DNA from: Camelus ferus
Taxonomy: Eukaryota
DNA: 64,000 nt
NCBI RefSeq assembly: GCF_009834535.1
Contig: NC_045697.1
Coordinates: forward strand, 98,520,001 to 98,584,000
Direction: 5' to 3'
The position numbers were made by a program, and so were the translations under genes. This document shows, one piece after another, positions 27,001-40,248 of this stretch (positions are counted from its first letter, which is position 1; each line of letters starts with the position of its first letter). The notes beneath the pieces were generated by a model. The model saw only the letters and a list, made by a program, of their open reading frames with translations. It was not told where the DNA came from and did no database searches.

Positions 27001-28469
27001 TAAAGAAAAAAAGACATTTCCCTGGTAGATTCTGATTTGGAGTTCCCTACTACCCCCAAACTCACTGCCTCGCAGGATGAAATACCACGGCTTTGGCCAA
27101 ATGGACAGGCCAACCCAATCAGACAGTCTGAGGGACTGACTTTGGTTTCACTAAATTGAATGGATGTTTGAATTAACAAAGGTCACCAGTTGTTCCAAAA
27201 CCATCTAGAAATAATCCGAATGTGATTTGACATTGTGGGAGAACCAACCCATGGCTCAGATGGGTAAGTCACTCTCCTGTTCCTCCCCATTTTCACCCAC
27301 ACGTCTTTGTCCCTCTACCATAGAGAAAAGTCAGGATATTCCCCTTATATAATGTACTCTTTGCTTTTGTGTTTTCCATTCAAACAACAGAGACCATTAG
27401 AACCTTAAAAAATCATCAACAAAAGGAAGAAAAGTTCTGTATTCTAGTCAGATGGGGAAATGAGTGAAAAGATGAGTAAAAGATGTAAATTATATATATT
27501 AAAGAGTCCTGGTTGGGCATGAGGAAAACCAGTCACTCTTCTAAAGACCCCCAACTCTTCTCTCTTCACCTGTCGCTCTCTGTTTTTTTCAGGGACCACT
27601 GAGTTGTCCAGTGAAATTGGTCAGACATGAAACACGGAAACTGACACTGTGCACACTTGGACAAGGACAGGGTTACTTCTTCAGGTCCTAATTCACTTTC
27701 AAACTCATAAGGAATCCTGGAAGTAATGAACTAGACTGAAACAGCTAACTTCCTCTCCTTACCCTGCACGAGCTTTCCTGAAACTTGAAAATTTTAAAGG
27801 AAAGGAAAGAATAGTGACAAACATTACCTTTTCATAAATTTACAAACCCTCTCCTATCTTTTTTTTACCTAGCATAACTATGTCTTTCTCGCTCTTTCTC
27901 TGTCTCTCATTCTTTTTCTCTCTCTCTCACTTTCCTTTACCCACCACCTCTCTCTGTCTTCTATACACAATTTGAAGCCTCTCATCCAAACCATATATTC
28001 CAAAAATGACACTGAGAAAAAGGGAGACAGACTTAAGGAAATCTAGGTACCAATTGATTTTGCCCCCTTGCTTTCTATATAACTTTTTAAGCCTCTTTGG
28101 TAAGTAGGAATGAGAATGTCAATGATCAATGAAAGTTAAAGAAGATGCCTGCAGAACAGGACCCTCATTATATTAGTGCCCTCAATATACCTCACTTAGA
28201 ATAAAAATATCAAAGAAAACAGAGGGAATTACGTGAGTAAATCTGGCATCAGCATGGGAGATTGGTGTTCTCAGTATCCTGATGTTTGTTTACAAGTTGC
28301 CCTGGTCCAGGGATTGTTTCCAGTTACCTGTAATTATGGGCAAATCACAGAGCAAGACCAGAGGGAAGACATAGACTATTTTAGATTCAATCTTCAATAT
28401 TTAGGAGAATACTTCCAAAGTGTAATCAGTGAAGTGCCTGCATCATGACTGCCCTGGGTCCTCAGGATC

Positions 28470-28577
28470 TATACAGATTCCTGAGCCCCACCCCCACCCG
28501 ACTTACTGAATCACTGAGAAAGGGGCCCAGGAACATTCAGGTTATACTTACGCTCATTAAAGATTGGAAATCACTGA
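28470..28577. mobile_element. MER5-type hAT MITE fragment
   Basis: cagattcctgagccccaccccc...tactgaatca...ggggcccagg...tggaaatcactg. Confidence 0.55.
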
Positions 28578-28895
28578 CGTAGGCAACAGTAATTATCACT
28601 TACCAGGAAATGTCTTATCAAGGTAAGTTAAAGTGGTGTACTTGTTGAAAAATTGGACTCAGGAGAAGTTTTTCCCAGGTCTGTCACTAAGTTGACAAAC
28701 TAAGTCAGACTTCTTATTTTGTTCTGTTTTAAAAATATGAAGAAATGAATTTAAACTCTCCAGGACTGGGAAGTCAAGCATTTACAATGGGGTGATAGAA
28801 TAACTTGTTGAGTCCTCTGGGTCTGTATATGGCTGGGTTTGTATATCATCAGCCCACAATTGAAGATACTGCGAGGGGTCCATCAAGTGACTCGG

Positions 28896-29328
28896 TGAAT
28901 CAGAGTTTGCTTCATAACAAAGCACTCCACAGTGTAGTGGCTTGAAATAACTGTCATTCATTTGCTCATGATTCTGAAGGTCGCGGGATGGGAGGAGGTA
29001 TGTTGGTTGTGAGCTGGCTCAGATGAGGCCAAGTGGTCTAGGAGGGCCTCACTCACCTGTCTGGAGCCTGAGCTGGTACTGACTCAGCTCTGCTCCCCAG
29101 GGTCTCCCTCACCAGGTGAGCCGGGCTTCCTGACACGATGGGCACATGTCAAGAGAGCAAGCAGAAGTGTGCAACCCCTCTCCAGGAGCAGGCTTAGAAC
29201 ATGCATAACATCACTTCAGCCACATTACATATAGTCAAGGACAGCAAGGATTCAAAGGGCGGGGAAAGAACTCTACCTCTTTAAAGCCAGAGGTGCAAAG
29301 AATTGGTGACTATTTGCAATCATAAATT
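28896..29328 (-). mobile_element. MaLR LTR (older MLT1), antisense
   Basis: ataacaaagcactcc...agtggcttgaaataac...tttgctcatgattctg...tcacttcagccacatt...ggattcaaaggg. Confidence 0.7.
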
Positions 29329-29418
29329 CATAGGGTATACAGGCAGAGACAGGGGAAGATTCTGCAGCACTGCAGGTGCTGAAAGTGAATGCTATGTTAA
29401 CCTTGTATCCTTTTACCT

Positions 29419-29546
29419 TGTAGTAACCTAGAATGAAAAGAATATGGAAAGGAATATATGTATGTATGTGTATGACTGAAACATTATGCTGTACACCAGA
29501 AATTGACACAATATTGTAAACTGACTATACTACAGTTTAAAAAAAG
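29419..29546 (+). mobile_element. Very short L1 3' UTR end with A tail
   Basis: gtagtaacctagaatgaaaagaatatg...gctgtacaccagaaattgacaca...actgactatact; matches the ends of the 19178 and 56256 copies. Confidence 0.9.
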
Positions 29547-29759
29547 GGGAAGCTGTATCTGGGCTTCTCACACACTCAGTGATGTCCTGGGTAGCAGGGC
29601 CCCCCTTCACCTAATAACGCTCCTTCTCTTCACATCATCCTTTTCAACTGATTATCTCTCTCTCCATTTTTGTTTTCCACTCTCCTTTTCAAAAACAATG
29701 AAGCCTCTTTATGATGCTAATATTATCAGGACTGGAAAGCACAATGATGGTAATGCTTT

Positions 29760-30688
29760 GCCCCAAGCTGTCCAGCCTCAGATCTTGAGTCAACTTTGAC
29801 CTGTCCAGCTCCCTTTCCCCTCCCAATGGCTCTTGCCTAGCCCTGTGGATACTGTCTCTGCAATACTGTTGTGTACTCAGAGCATGTCCCCTACTGCGAC
29901 TCGTGCCACCATCACCCCTCCTCAGACGCTCACTACTTCCCCACCATTCACTAGTTTGACACCTTGAGCAACTTCCTCTAGGTCTCTATGCCTCTGTGTC
30001 TGCATCTATAAAATGGGAGCAATAATATACTCATCTGTCTGAGTTGTAATGCAATTAGAGATATTCCCCTTGGAGTACTTAGCACAGAGCCTAGCACAGT
30101 AGCAAATGTTCATTGACCATAATCTGTTATATTCACCCAACCACAATGCATCCTTCTGATTTATCAGATTGTTTCCTCAGCTCAAAAAATACCAAATGAA
30201 TCCCCAAAAGCCTTTGAAATAAATTCCTCAAGCTGGCATTTCTCATCTGCAATGGTACCTTTCATCTTTCTGCTTCTTCTCCTCCAAATTTCCCATTATT
30301 TTGATGAAGACACTCACCCTTCCCACCTAAGTCACACTCATCGTTCAAGACGAGCACCCACAACACTCAGTAATCACCTACCCGCCCAGGTGCTACATTA
30401 GGTCTTCTCAAGCAGCCCCCGTCCCTGACCTAAGAAGTTCACTGTCCCCTCAAAAGACCCCTCTTCTGTTACCTTCAAATGATCCTTTCTGCCTCTGAGC
30501 AGCCAAAATAATGTATTTGTGTTTCTCTTACAGCACTTACATTACACGTTATACTGTAGTTCTGACTAATCTTATGTACTGAATCCCAAGCTCTTAGAAC
30601 TGTATCTTGTCATCTAACTTCTGCACCTATGTTTAATCTGGTGTCATGCACATAATAGAACCTCAATAACCATTTTCTGAATTAACAG
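29760..30688 (+). mobile_element. L2 relic with an internal MIR (about 29945-30130)
   Basis: L2-like 3' end gcacataatagaacctcaataaccattttctgaattaa; MIR core catctataaaatggg...cttagcacagagcctagcacag. Confidence 0.55.
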
Positions 30689-30871
30689 ATAGGACTAAAA
30701 CCCTGCCTTATCAGCATCTTGGACCTATATCGGCTGTAAGGGTTATATTCCAACCCGTAATTTAGCTGAGCTGATATAATAATGCACCATAACATTACTA
30801 TGCTTTGGTGTACTTGTTTCAACACACAAATGTGCACAATTCACTGCCTCCATCTCTCTCTATATATATAC

Positions 30872-30960
30872 TTTTTTAATGGAGGTACTAGAGATTGAAC
30901 CCAGGACCTGGTGCATGCTAAGCACATGCTGTACTGCTGAGCTATACCCTACACCTCCCA
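30872..30960 (-). mobile_element. tRNA-Ala-derived SINE (vic-1-like), antisense
   Basis: ttttttaatggaggtact...gattgaacccaggacct...catgctaagcac...tgagctataccc is the reverse complement of the SINE body. Confidence 0.9.
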
Positions 30961-31263
30961 CCCACTTCCTATATATTTTTGAAGAAACTCATGGGAGCAA
31001 GAGGTCTCATAGCTCTCACTGACTCTTAATTTTTTGTGCCCCTTTTCATAGGACCTGTAGGTGAACTATCATCTCTGATTGATGGTATTTTTAATTGACC
31101 CAATAGTATCTAAATTTATCTAACAGCATTTTAAGTTGACCTAATTTATTTAACCAAATTTAACTAGACATCATCTCCACCTAATGTTCTTTAAATTACC
31201 TGATGGAATTTTAAATTTATCCCAGTCCAGTAGTTAATCAGAATCAATAAAGTTGGTTCAGGG

Positions 31264-31453
31264 CAGTGGTTCTCAAAGTGTGGCCCCTGGACCAGCAAGA
31301 GCATCGGGATCACCTGGGGACTTACTAGGTATGCAGATTCTCAGACCCCACCCCAAACCTGCTGAATCAGGAACTCGGTGGGTGGAGCCTGGCTGGAGGT
31401 GCTTTAACAAATTTCAGGTTGTTTTAAGGTAGGCTAATATTTGAGAACCACTA
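31264..31453. mobile_element. MER5A hAT MITE, near full length
   Basis: TIRs cagtggttctcaaa / tttgagaaccacta; internal atgcagattctcagaccccacccc...ctgaatcag. Confidence 0.9.
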
Positions 31454-32669
31454 AGTGAAGTGACATACTGAGATGGTTTCTGGGCAAATAAACTGGGAAT
31501 GCAGATGGAAGATGGGAAACAAACTTTTGGATGAAAACAAATTATTCCTGCATTCTGGTTTGCATAGATTTGCAGGAGACCAGCAGAGACAGCAGATGAG
31601 TGCAGTGGCCGAGACCCAACGTCTGTGCCTGGCCAAGATACAAGCTATGCATCTGTTTACGCTGGAACTAAGGGGATAGGGACTGTGTCCTAACGTGACC
31701 CTGTCAGCACCCAGAGTTATTTTTTGAGCTGGGTTTTTGTTTCACAGGTGTAAGAAGAAAAGTCCAAAAGATTTAGAATGTCTGCAAAGAATGCAGTATC
31801 TAAAACATCTTAGAATTCAGGTTTTCTCTTCACAATGGGAGACTCAGAAATAAAAGGAAGGAGTAGAGTGATTGTTGTACCGTGGCTCACCTGACAGGGG
31901 AGCCAGTCAGCCTCACCTGCAGGTATCCAAGCATGCAAACGCTAGCTGGGGACTTGGGAGGCTCACCTGATCCCCCTGAGATGGCAGCTAGTGGCCCACA
32001 TGCTCTCACACGCTCTCACATGCAATAGGATTACCTTATCAACCCCTACAACACCAATGAGCCAAGCAACTCGGGTCACATTTTTGCTGTGTAACTACTT
32101 CTTATCTTTGTTAAGCCCAGTGACAGCTTTCCTACCAGTAGGAAAACATGCCATCACCTCTGAGGACTCATCGCTAAGTCAAGTTACGCAAAATCTGTGA
32201 CTTTCTGAAAAATATATAGTATGAGCATGTAAAAGTTTAAAACTAATTCTCTATGGATGGCTGTTGGCTAAGTTCCTTAATCGAAGGATTTTCAGTGATT
32301 TCTTAGAGAATCAAATTGGCTGCGGGGATGTAACTGTTTTAGAGACATGCAGAAGTGTGGAGAGAGAATAAAGCATAACAAGAAGCAGGGAACTTCAGTG
32401 GAGGCAAGAGTTTTACACAGAATACCTAAGTTTTTCAAAATCAGGGTGTACATGATAAAGTCTAACAGAACAGATTTGGAAGTCAAAATGGAGCTAGAAG
32501 TAGAAGTAGCTGTATAATGTTGGGATTATTAAAGCATTACAGAGAAAATAAATTACATTCTGCACCCAATGCACATTCTATCCGACTATTTAATGGCACT
32601 GGTCTGTATAGAAAGTGACACTCATTGACAAACAGCCGACATACCTTTGGTTCCTACAGTCCCAGTGAT

Positions 32670-32751
32670 CTTTTTCAGCTGTATTGAAGTATAATTGACA
32701 GATAAAATTGTAATATATTTTAAGTATACAACAGGGTGATGTGATATCATA
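32670..32751 (-). mobile_element. Ultra-short antisense L1 3' end
   Basis: tttttcagctgtattgaagtataattgaca...; TSD tacagtcccagt[g/a]at at 32655-32669 and 32752-32766. Confidence 0.8.
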
Positions 32752-33404
32752 TACAGTCCCAGTAATTTTAAAGAAATTGGCTTTGTAATGTCTCCTCCTC
32801 CTCTCCTTCCCAGTCCCACCTCAGTCAAAACCTAAAACCCAAGAACTTACTAACAAATACATTCTAAGAAGAAGAATCTCTTACCCTTGACCAAGCAGCA
32901 GAAGAACTACCAGTACAGTTATGAAATTATTCCTCAGAGCCTCTGCCACCCCTTCTCACTTTTCAGATTGAAACTGTTTTATTCAGTACACAAATATTCA
33001 CTGAGTGCTTAATAAGTTTCAGATGCTATGCTAGACACTGGGACTACATTCCAGGAATTCGCAATCAAATGCAGCAGATACAACTTTTATCCAAATCACC
33101 TGAAGTGCTTGTAAATTACCAGTTCCCAGGTCCTGCCCTGAACTTTAATTGGAATCTCTAGGGATGGAACCTTAGCTCTGTGGTCCTCCAAGGCCACAAG
33201 AAGTAGGAAAGCCCATCAGTCTGTGTTAATGGAAAAAGCTTCTTGCCCCTCTTGCCAGTTAAGGTGGCTTTGTCCGCAGGCAAGTGACTGCTTCCATGAA
33301 AGGAAGGCTGCCTGCATGGTGGCTTCAAGCAAATGTTTTCTCCATGCTAGCCTTACACAAAGACACCCAGATTTTAGCCAAGGCAAACAAGCCACTAGGA
33401 AAAG

Positions 33405-33904
33405 TGTTACCAAACCAAATTCAGGTGCACTCAACAGAGCGCAGTAAAGTCAACCTACTGACAGCGGGTTGTGGTGAAGGAAAGGGCAGTGTTTATTGTA
33501 AGGTGCCAATACAAGGAGAAAGGGCCGCTTGCTCGTGCTCAGATACCCCAAACTCCCTGAAGGGTTTCAGCAAAACATTTTAAAGGCCCAGGTGAGGGAG
33601 GGGAGTCATAGGGAGTATGATCAGCTGGTGCACAATTCTCTGACTGGTTGATGGTGAGGTAACAGGGCAGTGTCTCGGAGTTAACATGATCAATCCTTAG
33701 GCACCGATGGGTCTGGGGGCTAAGTGCTCTTGGTCATCAAATAGTTAATTTCCTCTGTTCGGTAGTGGTTTTAGCATCTGTAAAACAACTCAGGAAAGGT
33801 GTACCAGATATTATTATCTAGGTCCTTCAGAGAGGAGCTACAGCAGAGGATATGGGGGAGGAGGTCTGTCCCAGGAGGGCCCCAGATGGTCCTGGTCCAT
33901 TACA
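33405..33904 (-). mobile_element. ERV1-class solo LTR, antisense
   Basis: tgtta...taca termini (TG...CA); exact 4-bp TSD aaag (33401-33404 / 33905-33908); tttatt (AATAAA on - strand) near 33492. Confidence 0.85.
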
Positions 33905-35639
33905 AAAGGTTTAGTCCACGTGGCCTTCAGCTGAGGCTCTGGACCATTGGGGAGGTCTCAGCAGAAGTGGTGCTTCTTGAACTAGATTATACTTGCTGTG
34001 CGTGCTGGGGTTGGGTGGAAGTTCCAGTGACTCAGCAGAATAAGAAATTAGAGGCAATGATCTGGAGGCTTTAACATAAGAATGTTTAATTCAAGGGCAA
34101 AAGATATATATTTCTAATTTTATATCCTTTAGGCTTTAACATATCTGGACTTGGAATTTCAAGGAGATTTAACTATTGGAGTTTAATTTCTCACTAGGAA
34201 TTTGATCATAGGAGAGACTTTATATCCACTTTGGGGTATCTCTATGTAGTTGGCATTTTATTATTAGATCTTGGCATCATTAATCGCCTTATAGATTCTC
34301 CAATATGCTGTGCTGAACAACAGGGCTGTAGGGAACAGGGTGCCAGTTCCTGGGTCTTCTGTGCCTTCAACAGCCTAGTGGTACAATCCATGTCTTTAAA
34401 CAGCAGAAGCTTGCTGAGTGTCTATCAAGTGCTTGTTCCAACTGGGCCCCCTGGAAATTAAATGTCTCTGACTTAAACGATGCTAAAAGACATTGAGGGA
34501 GCTGGGATTTAAAAACTGACAATGCAGTGGTCCTGTGGAATCAATCAGACTTATACCTGAGTCCTAAAAGGCAAGGCCCAGAAGCAACCATAAGCAGTAG
34601 ATGGGAAGTGAGGTTTCAAAGACTCCCAGACCATCATCAGAGCAAGACCCAAAAATGGGACTGGGACCCAGAGAGCCCAGTCAGTGGTCTGAAACCAGTG
34701 GTTCTCAAAACGTGGAACTCAGAATAGCAATTTCAGCACCAACTAGGAAGCTGTTTGTCCTCTCTGTGTCTAGTCATTGGTAGGATTTCAGAAAAACTCC
34801 TCCTATGCCGACACACTGAACTTCACAACACAAAGATGCAGGACTAAAGGTCACACGACCATGTGAATGTGTCCGAAGGCTAGGATGGCTATAATCTATT
34901 GTTCAACCCAAGTGAGCTAGCCTAAAGGATCAGGTTGTCAAATCACTCACACAAATCCAAGACTTTACTCCAAATCAAGCTGTACTAGTACTTTTACGGA
35001 TACAAGCAAGCAAGAGGCACGGGCAAAGCAAGGTGGTGTCTGGGATGTCCTACATGACTCCCCACGTCTTCCCTTCCCGCACCAGACACATGCCCTCTAG
35101 ACAGAATAATATATGGGGTTTCTAGATGAGTTTATGTGTCATTTCACACATCAAGGAGGTTTTAGGTTATGAAACATCCCCATTTTATACCCAGATAGTT
35201 GTACAGGGAGCATGATCTTCCCCAGGGATCATGCCTTCTAAATCTAGAACATCTAGGCTTGCTGATCATAAGTAATTCCAAACCAGGGAGCTCCAACTAA
35301 GAACACTCCATATATCAGGACTTTCCTATCAAATATCATCAATCAACCAGGAAGTCCAGTTAAGAACATGTTTACAGTGAGATGAAACCAGGCCACTTCC
35401 TTTCTTTTCCAGAAGCATTCTCCCAAGCAATCAGAGGAGAAATGGATCACAGGCGAGCTGTTTAACTCCTTCCTCCCCACAAGGACACTTTTGAGAGGAA
35501 GAAGAAAGGCCCTATGAATAATTATGCCAAGACAACAGGTGTAAATTAAGACTGACCCAGATAAACCAGAATGTATTGTCACCCGCTCTATAGCATACAG
35601 CACTGAAAATGTGTGGAGTAGCAAAAAAGAAACAAGATT

Positions 35640-36160
35640 TGAAATGCAGGGAACAAGAAGCTAGTCTGTGGGAAATTATTTTAGTCTTCAGACAAGTAAA
35701 ATTGTAACTGGAAGATTCAATTCTCACTGAAGCCCAGTCAAAACAAAAGTTTCTGTCAGGAATAGACTCAACAAGGCACAGTATACAATTATAGATGCAC
35801 TAGATTTTCTTTCTTTTTTGATGAGAATTGTGCAAAATAGAATTTATCATAACTCCTTTATTATAGGCCAAAATCCCATAGTTGTATTAGACAAATTTGT
35901 GTGTGACATCACATGATTTATGCATTCTCAACTCTAATAAATAAAAAAAGCTTTGATCAATCAGGCTAAAGGAAGGATTGTATTATCCTTCTATAGTCAC
36001 TATAGAAATTGACATTACAAAATCATTGTCATGTAAAGAGTCAATCAAAACAAGCTGCCCAAAAAAACTAGGGGAAAAAAAAGATATCCTAGAAAATAAT
36101 AAAAACAGGATGTTATTTTCTGGATTTGTGATATGTTTGTGATATTTCTCAACGTTTTGA
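35640..36160. mobile_element. Possible ancient hAT (Tip100/Arthur-like) fragment
   Basis: AT-rich segment gaaattgacattacaaaatcattgtcatgtaaagag recalls hAT transposase 3' relics; recall only. Confidence 0.35.
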
Positions 36161-36169
36161 GCTGACACA

Positions 36170-36560
36170 TGGTGAAGTAGGAAAAACAAACTAGGTTAGG
36201 AAGTCAGACAGACTTGGTTTAAATCCTAGCCCTCCCATTTACTAATCATGTGACTTTGGATGAGCCCCTTTAACTCTGGTGCCTCAGTTTTCTCATCTGT
36301 GGAATGGGGACAATAAAAGTGGCCTAATCATAGGGATGCCATGAAGATTAAATAATTTTCTACATACAGAGTGCCTACAACCTGAACTGGTTCCTAAGTG
36401 CACCATTAACAACAGCGTTAATGATTAAGTGGGATAAACCTCTCAGAGCCTCCATTTCTACTTTACAAAATGAGGAAAATGATACCCATCTTACAGAAAT
36501 TCAAGGACTAGAGGTCACTAAAGTCACTGGCATTTAGTGGGTGTCCATAAATTAGGACCA
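36170..36560 (+). mobile_element. Two adjacent MIR SINEs
   Basis: ggaagtcagacagacttggtttaaatcctagc...gtgactttgg...gcctcagttttctcatctgtggaatggg; second ctctcagagcctccatttct...aaaatgagg. Confidence 0.8.
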
Positions 36561-37979
36561 TTAGTGTTCGAATAACAGGTCCAGGTGAGCCCTTGAGTCC
36601 TCCCCTCCACTTCCTCAGTGAGGGATTCCCATCCACTCAGCAGTTCTGGGGACTCCTGACTCCAGCCCCTGACTCCCAGCTTCCCTCCCTGTCACCTACC
36701 ACCCTCTGGGATTCTGGTGACTCTCTAAAAGCAGCCTGGTTTTAGACTTTGCATACTGTGGTTACCTTATCCTTTGTTTTGAAAAAAACACCTAACTAGC
36801 CTTAGGGCGACAGGATTTTTGCCTTTAACGTTTTATTTCATGGTTTCTCTTTTTCCTCTCTCTCCTTGTCAAGTTTGCAGTGTTTGCTTCATTATATTCT
36901 GTATGAAAAGAAAATGAATTGTCTGGAATTGGAATGTCTGGAATGCCTAGAAATTAAACGATAAACTTGGGTCCCAAGAAGAAATGGGTACTGATTCCAC
37001 TTTAACTGTCAGGTATGTTCTCCAACTTCCAACACGCCCTCTGCTCCTTATCCTGCTCCACCCCCTACCCACCCCACTACCCTCCAGAAATCAGCATGTT
37101 TTTGGTAATGTGGCCTGACTTACCAAATGGAACATCTTGAAGTCTTCATTTAAAAAGCAAAAGCACCAGACTCACACCCTGAAATGAGGTCATTTTAATG
37201 TCATACTTGGAGGAAACCTTGGTACTTTCTCTGAATTTCAACCTCAGGTGTTGGTTTCATCTACTCATTGATTTTTATTCATTAATAAGCCACTGAGGCC
37301 CTATGTGTTACTCTGCTGGCCACTCCTCAGACCCAAGGCCAAAGAAGCCAAATTTTACTACTAGAGTGTTTGTATTTATAGCCTGGGTGCTGAAGAGACA
37401 CAAGATCTAAAACTAAAGGAGGATGGATGGAGGGGTGAGGGGGTGGAAAGGGAGGAAGGAGCGTGGGAGGGAGGGAGGGCGTCTGCTCTGTGTCTCTGTC
37501 AGTGTCCATCCATGAAAAGACTACTGCCAGCTCTGTACCCATCTTTAGGACTCACGCCCAGGCAAAGTTTTGGGTTTTTTAAAATGAGACAGACCCTGAT
37601 AGAACAACAGCTCTCAAGGAGAGAAAATCGCTGATATTCTCCCAAGTAATTCCAAGGCATCATCATATGAAAATATTTAATCGAAAAATCCATCTCGTAC
37701 CAACTTTAAGAGCCAGGCCACTACCATACTTCAGGCAGACAGGCCTGCGGTATCATTTCGCTGTTCCTCGTCCTAGAGCTGAGCTCTCTCCTCACTTCTC
37801 ACTTAGCCTGCGTCATGTCCTCCTGATGGTTGATCTTGACATCAACTCGCAACTGAGTACTGATTCTCAACGTCCCTGCCAGCACCCACGCATTCAAGGA
37901 AGAGCACTCAAAAGCTGCTGCAAAACTGGAATTAGAGTTTAGTATCATTTCTGTAAAAAATATAATTTGAACAGGAGTG

Positions 37980-38042
37980 AATGTGTGTATATGTGTATGT
38001 ATATGTATACTGATATATGTATATGTATATAATATATATACA
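37980..38042. repeat. TA/TG low-complexity repeat
   Basis: Directly visible. Confidence 0.85.
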
Positions 38043-38469
38043 CAGAACAAGACACATAGGCATATAAGCTTAAATATTAACTGAGTCATGTTGTTTAGGT
38101 AATTTATATGTGTATTTATTATATATTTTTCTGTGTTTCTCTTTCTTTCTTTCCTTCTCTCTTTCTTTCATCTATTTTAGGCCAGAATCTCCAGGACACA
38201 TCAAGCTTACGCTAAGAAGTGATATAAACTCCTGAACAGGCTTGGAGTATTCCTGTCTAAGCTCTCCTAGAATTTTAGGACATCCAGGCTCTAAAACATT
38301 TCACAAAGCAGGACTTTTGATTTCAGCTGCAATCCCCAAATTAACCCCAAGCTTCCTAAGATCCTGGACTACAGTCTGCAGACCCAAAACAGTCATGGAC
38401 AGAGGCCCATTTACTGAGGATCCCCTGAGGGGTGTTAACTGCATTTGACCCCTTGCTAGTTAGGAAAGT

Positions 38470-38695
38470 ACAAGACTGGCTTTAGAATCAAACAGAATTG
38501 AGTTAAACTGTTGGCTCTGTCATTCACCACCTTTGTGACTTTGGGTTAAATAGCCTCTCTTAGCCTCCATTTCCTGTAAAATGGGGGCAATTCCCTCTAT
38601 GTCATTAGGTTGCTGTGAAGACTAATGAAGTAACGTTGCAAAGTGTTCACCCAGGTAGTGCCTGGATATGTAGGCACTCACTGAATAGTACTAAT
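38470..38695 (+). mobile_element. MIR SINE
   Basis: ggctttagaatcaaacaga...gtgactttggg...gcctccatttcctgtaaaatgggg...taggcactca. Confidence 0.75.
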
Positions 38696-40248
38696 CAGCA
38701 TTAAAGGCTACCGATAAGACCTGCGCTTTGAGCTTTTTTTATGGTGAAGCACAACCCAAGCAGTTAGCACTCCTCTTACAAAGATCTACTTCCTCTGGTC
38801 GACATTAACAAAGAGGAACTTCAGTTTCCTCCTTCCTGAGCTCTCAGCTGGGAAGTGCTCGCTGCTGCGGGACCTGCAGGCCGCCACTCACTTTATGGCT
38901 GGCCACTGTCTGGGACTCCTGGACACAGACTGCAGACGGCTGCCGCTGCTTCTCTCAGGGAGCCAGCGGGGAGGGATGTGGGCAGACAGCGCTTCCTCTC
39001 ACTGGGCTGTCTCTTTCTTCTCAGCATCATTCTACCTGTGGCCACGGAGGGAGCTGTACCGGCTTCCCCTAAAAGGTTGGGGGAATTCAAGGGAATTGCA
39101 CATCGGAAGGGAGCACAAAGCTATGTGTGAAAGATGGCGTTTCCCACCATCCAGGGGGAAAAGGACCCAGAGAGTTATCTCCTCCTCAGTGAGGGGCACA
39201 CCCCCTTCCTAACCCTGCTGTCCTGCCCTCAGGGCTGCCCTTCTTTCAAAACATGCCTTTCTTCTAGCCTCCACAGCAGAGGCAATATGAGGTGTGCACT
39301 GGCCTTGTTTCCTTCTCCTCTTCCTGGGCCCACAGGAAGACCCCCTTCTCAGACTACTTTGCAGTTAATGTTGGGACACATGATTGGGTTCTGACCAATG
39401 GGACAGGATTGGAAGTCATGTTTGCTACTTCCAGAGCTGGTCGTAAACTTCCTACACGAGAGTATCCACTCCCTCTCTCCTCCTGTTAGAGCTTTTTCGT
39501 AGCCTTCCTGTTCCAGATGGCATCGCTATGAGGTGGAAGAGGGGGTGAGACAGATGGGGGGCTGTGACCAAGGAGTAAACCCTCACTGTGTTAGGTCGCT
39601 CAAAAGCCAGGGCATATGTGTTAGCACAGCATAACATTAATTACACATACAAGTATACCCCAGACTAAGACTCTTCCTCTACCCTTTGAGAGATCTTATC
39701 CTCGGGTATTAGTCTTACTCTAAAATCTGTTTCCTTCCTCTCAGCTGTACCTTCAACCAGATCTAAATTATTCATCTCAAATAATGCCCCAAAGAAAGTG
39801 AGACTTGAGCAGAAAAGTCAGTGATGACTTTGGCACTTCAAGCCCCACAGAGGAGAACAGTGATATATCCTCAGACCAGGAAATGCCTGGAGTGGTCACA
39901 CAGTTAAAGGCAATGAGTGAAACAGGCTGGGCACAAAACTATAGCAAATTAGGTAGGGCATCCTTGTCTAAAGGAAGCAGCCTCTACCAATCTCCCCAAC
40001 TGTTACCATGCAGACTGGGGAGCCAGTGTTGCCAGATCTTCCAGTTGCTTAAAAGAAGATAGAAATCTGGGTTTCTATATAAAATCTTCAGTTTTGTCAT
40101 GTTACAACTACTTCAAATGAAAAACAAACACTTTATACACCAAACAAAACTGTGCTGCATGCTATATCTGCCCCTATGATATCACATCACCATTTTGCAT
40201 CCTCTTTTCCAAATCTGTATGATTTATTTAATTCCCTCCCTATAATTG

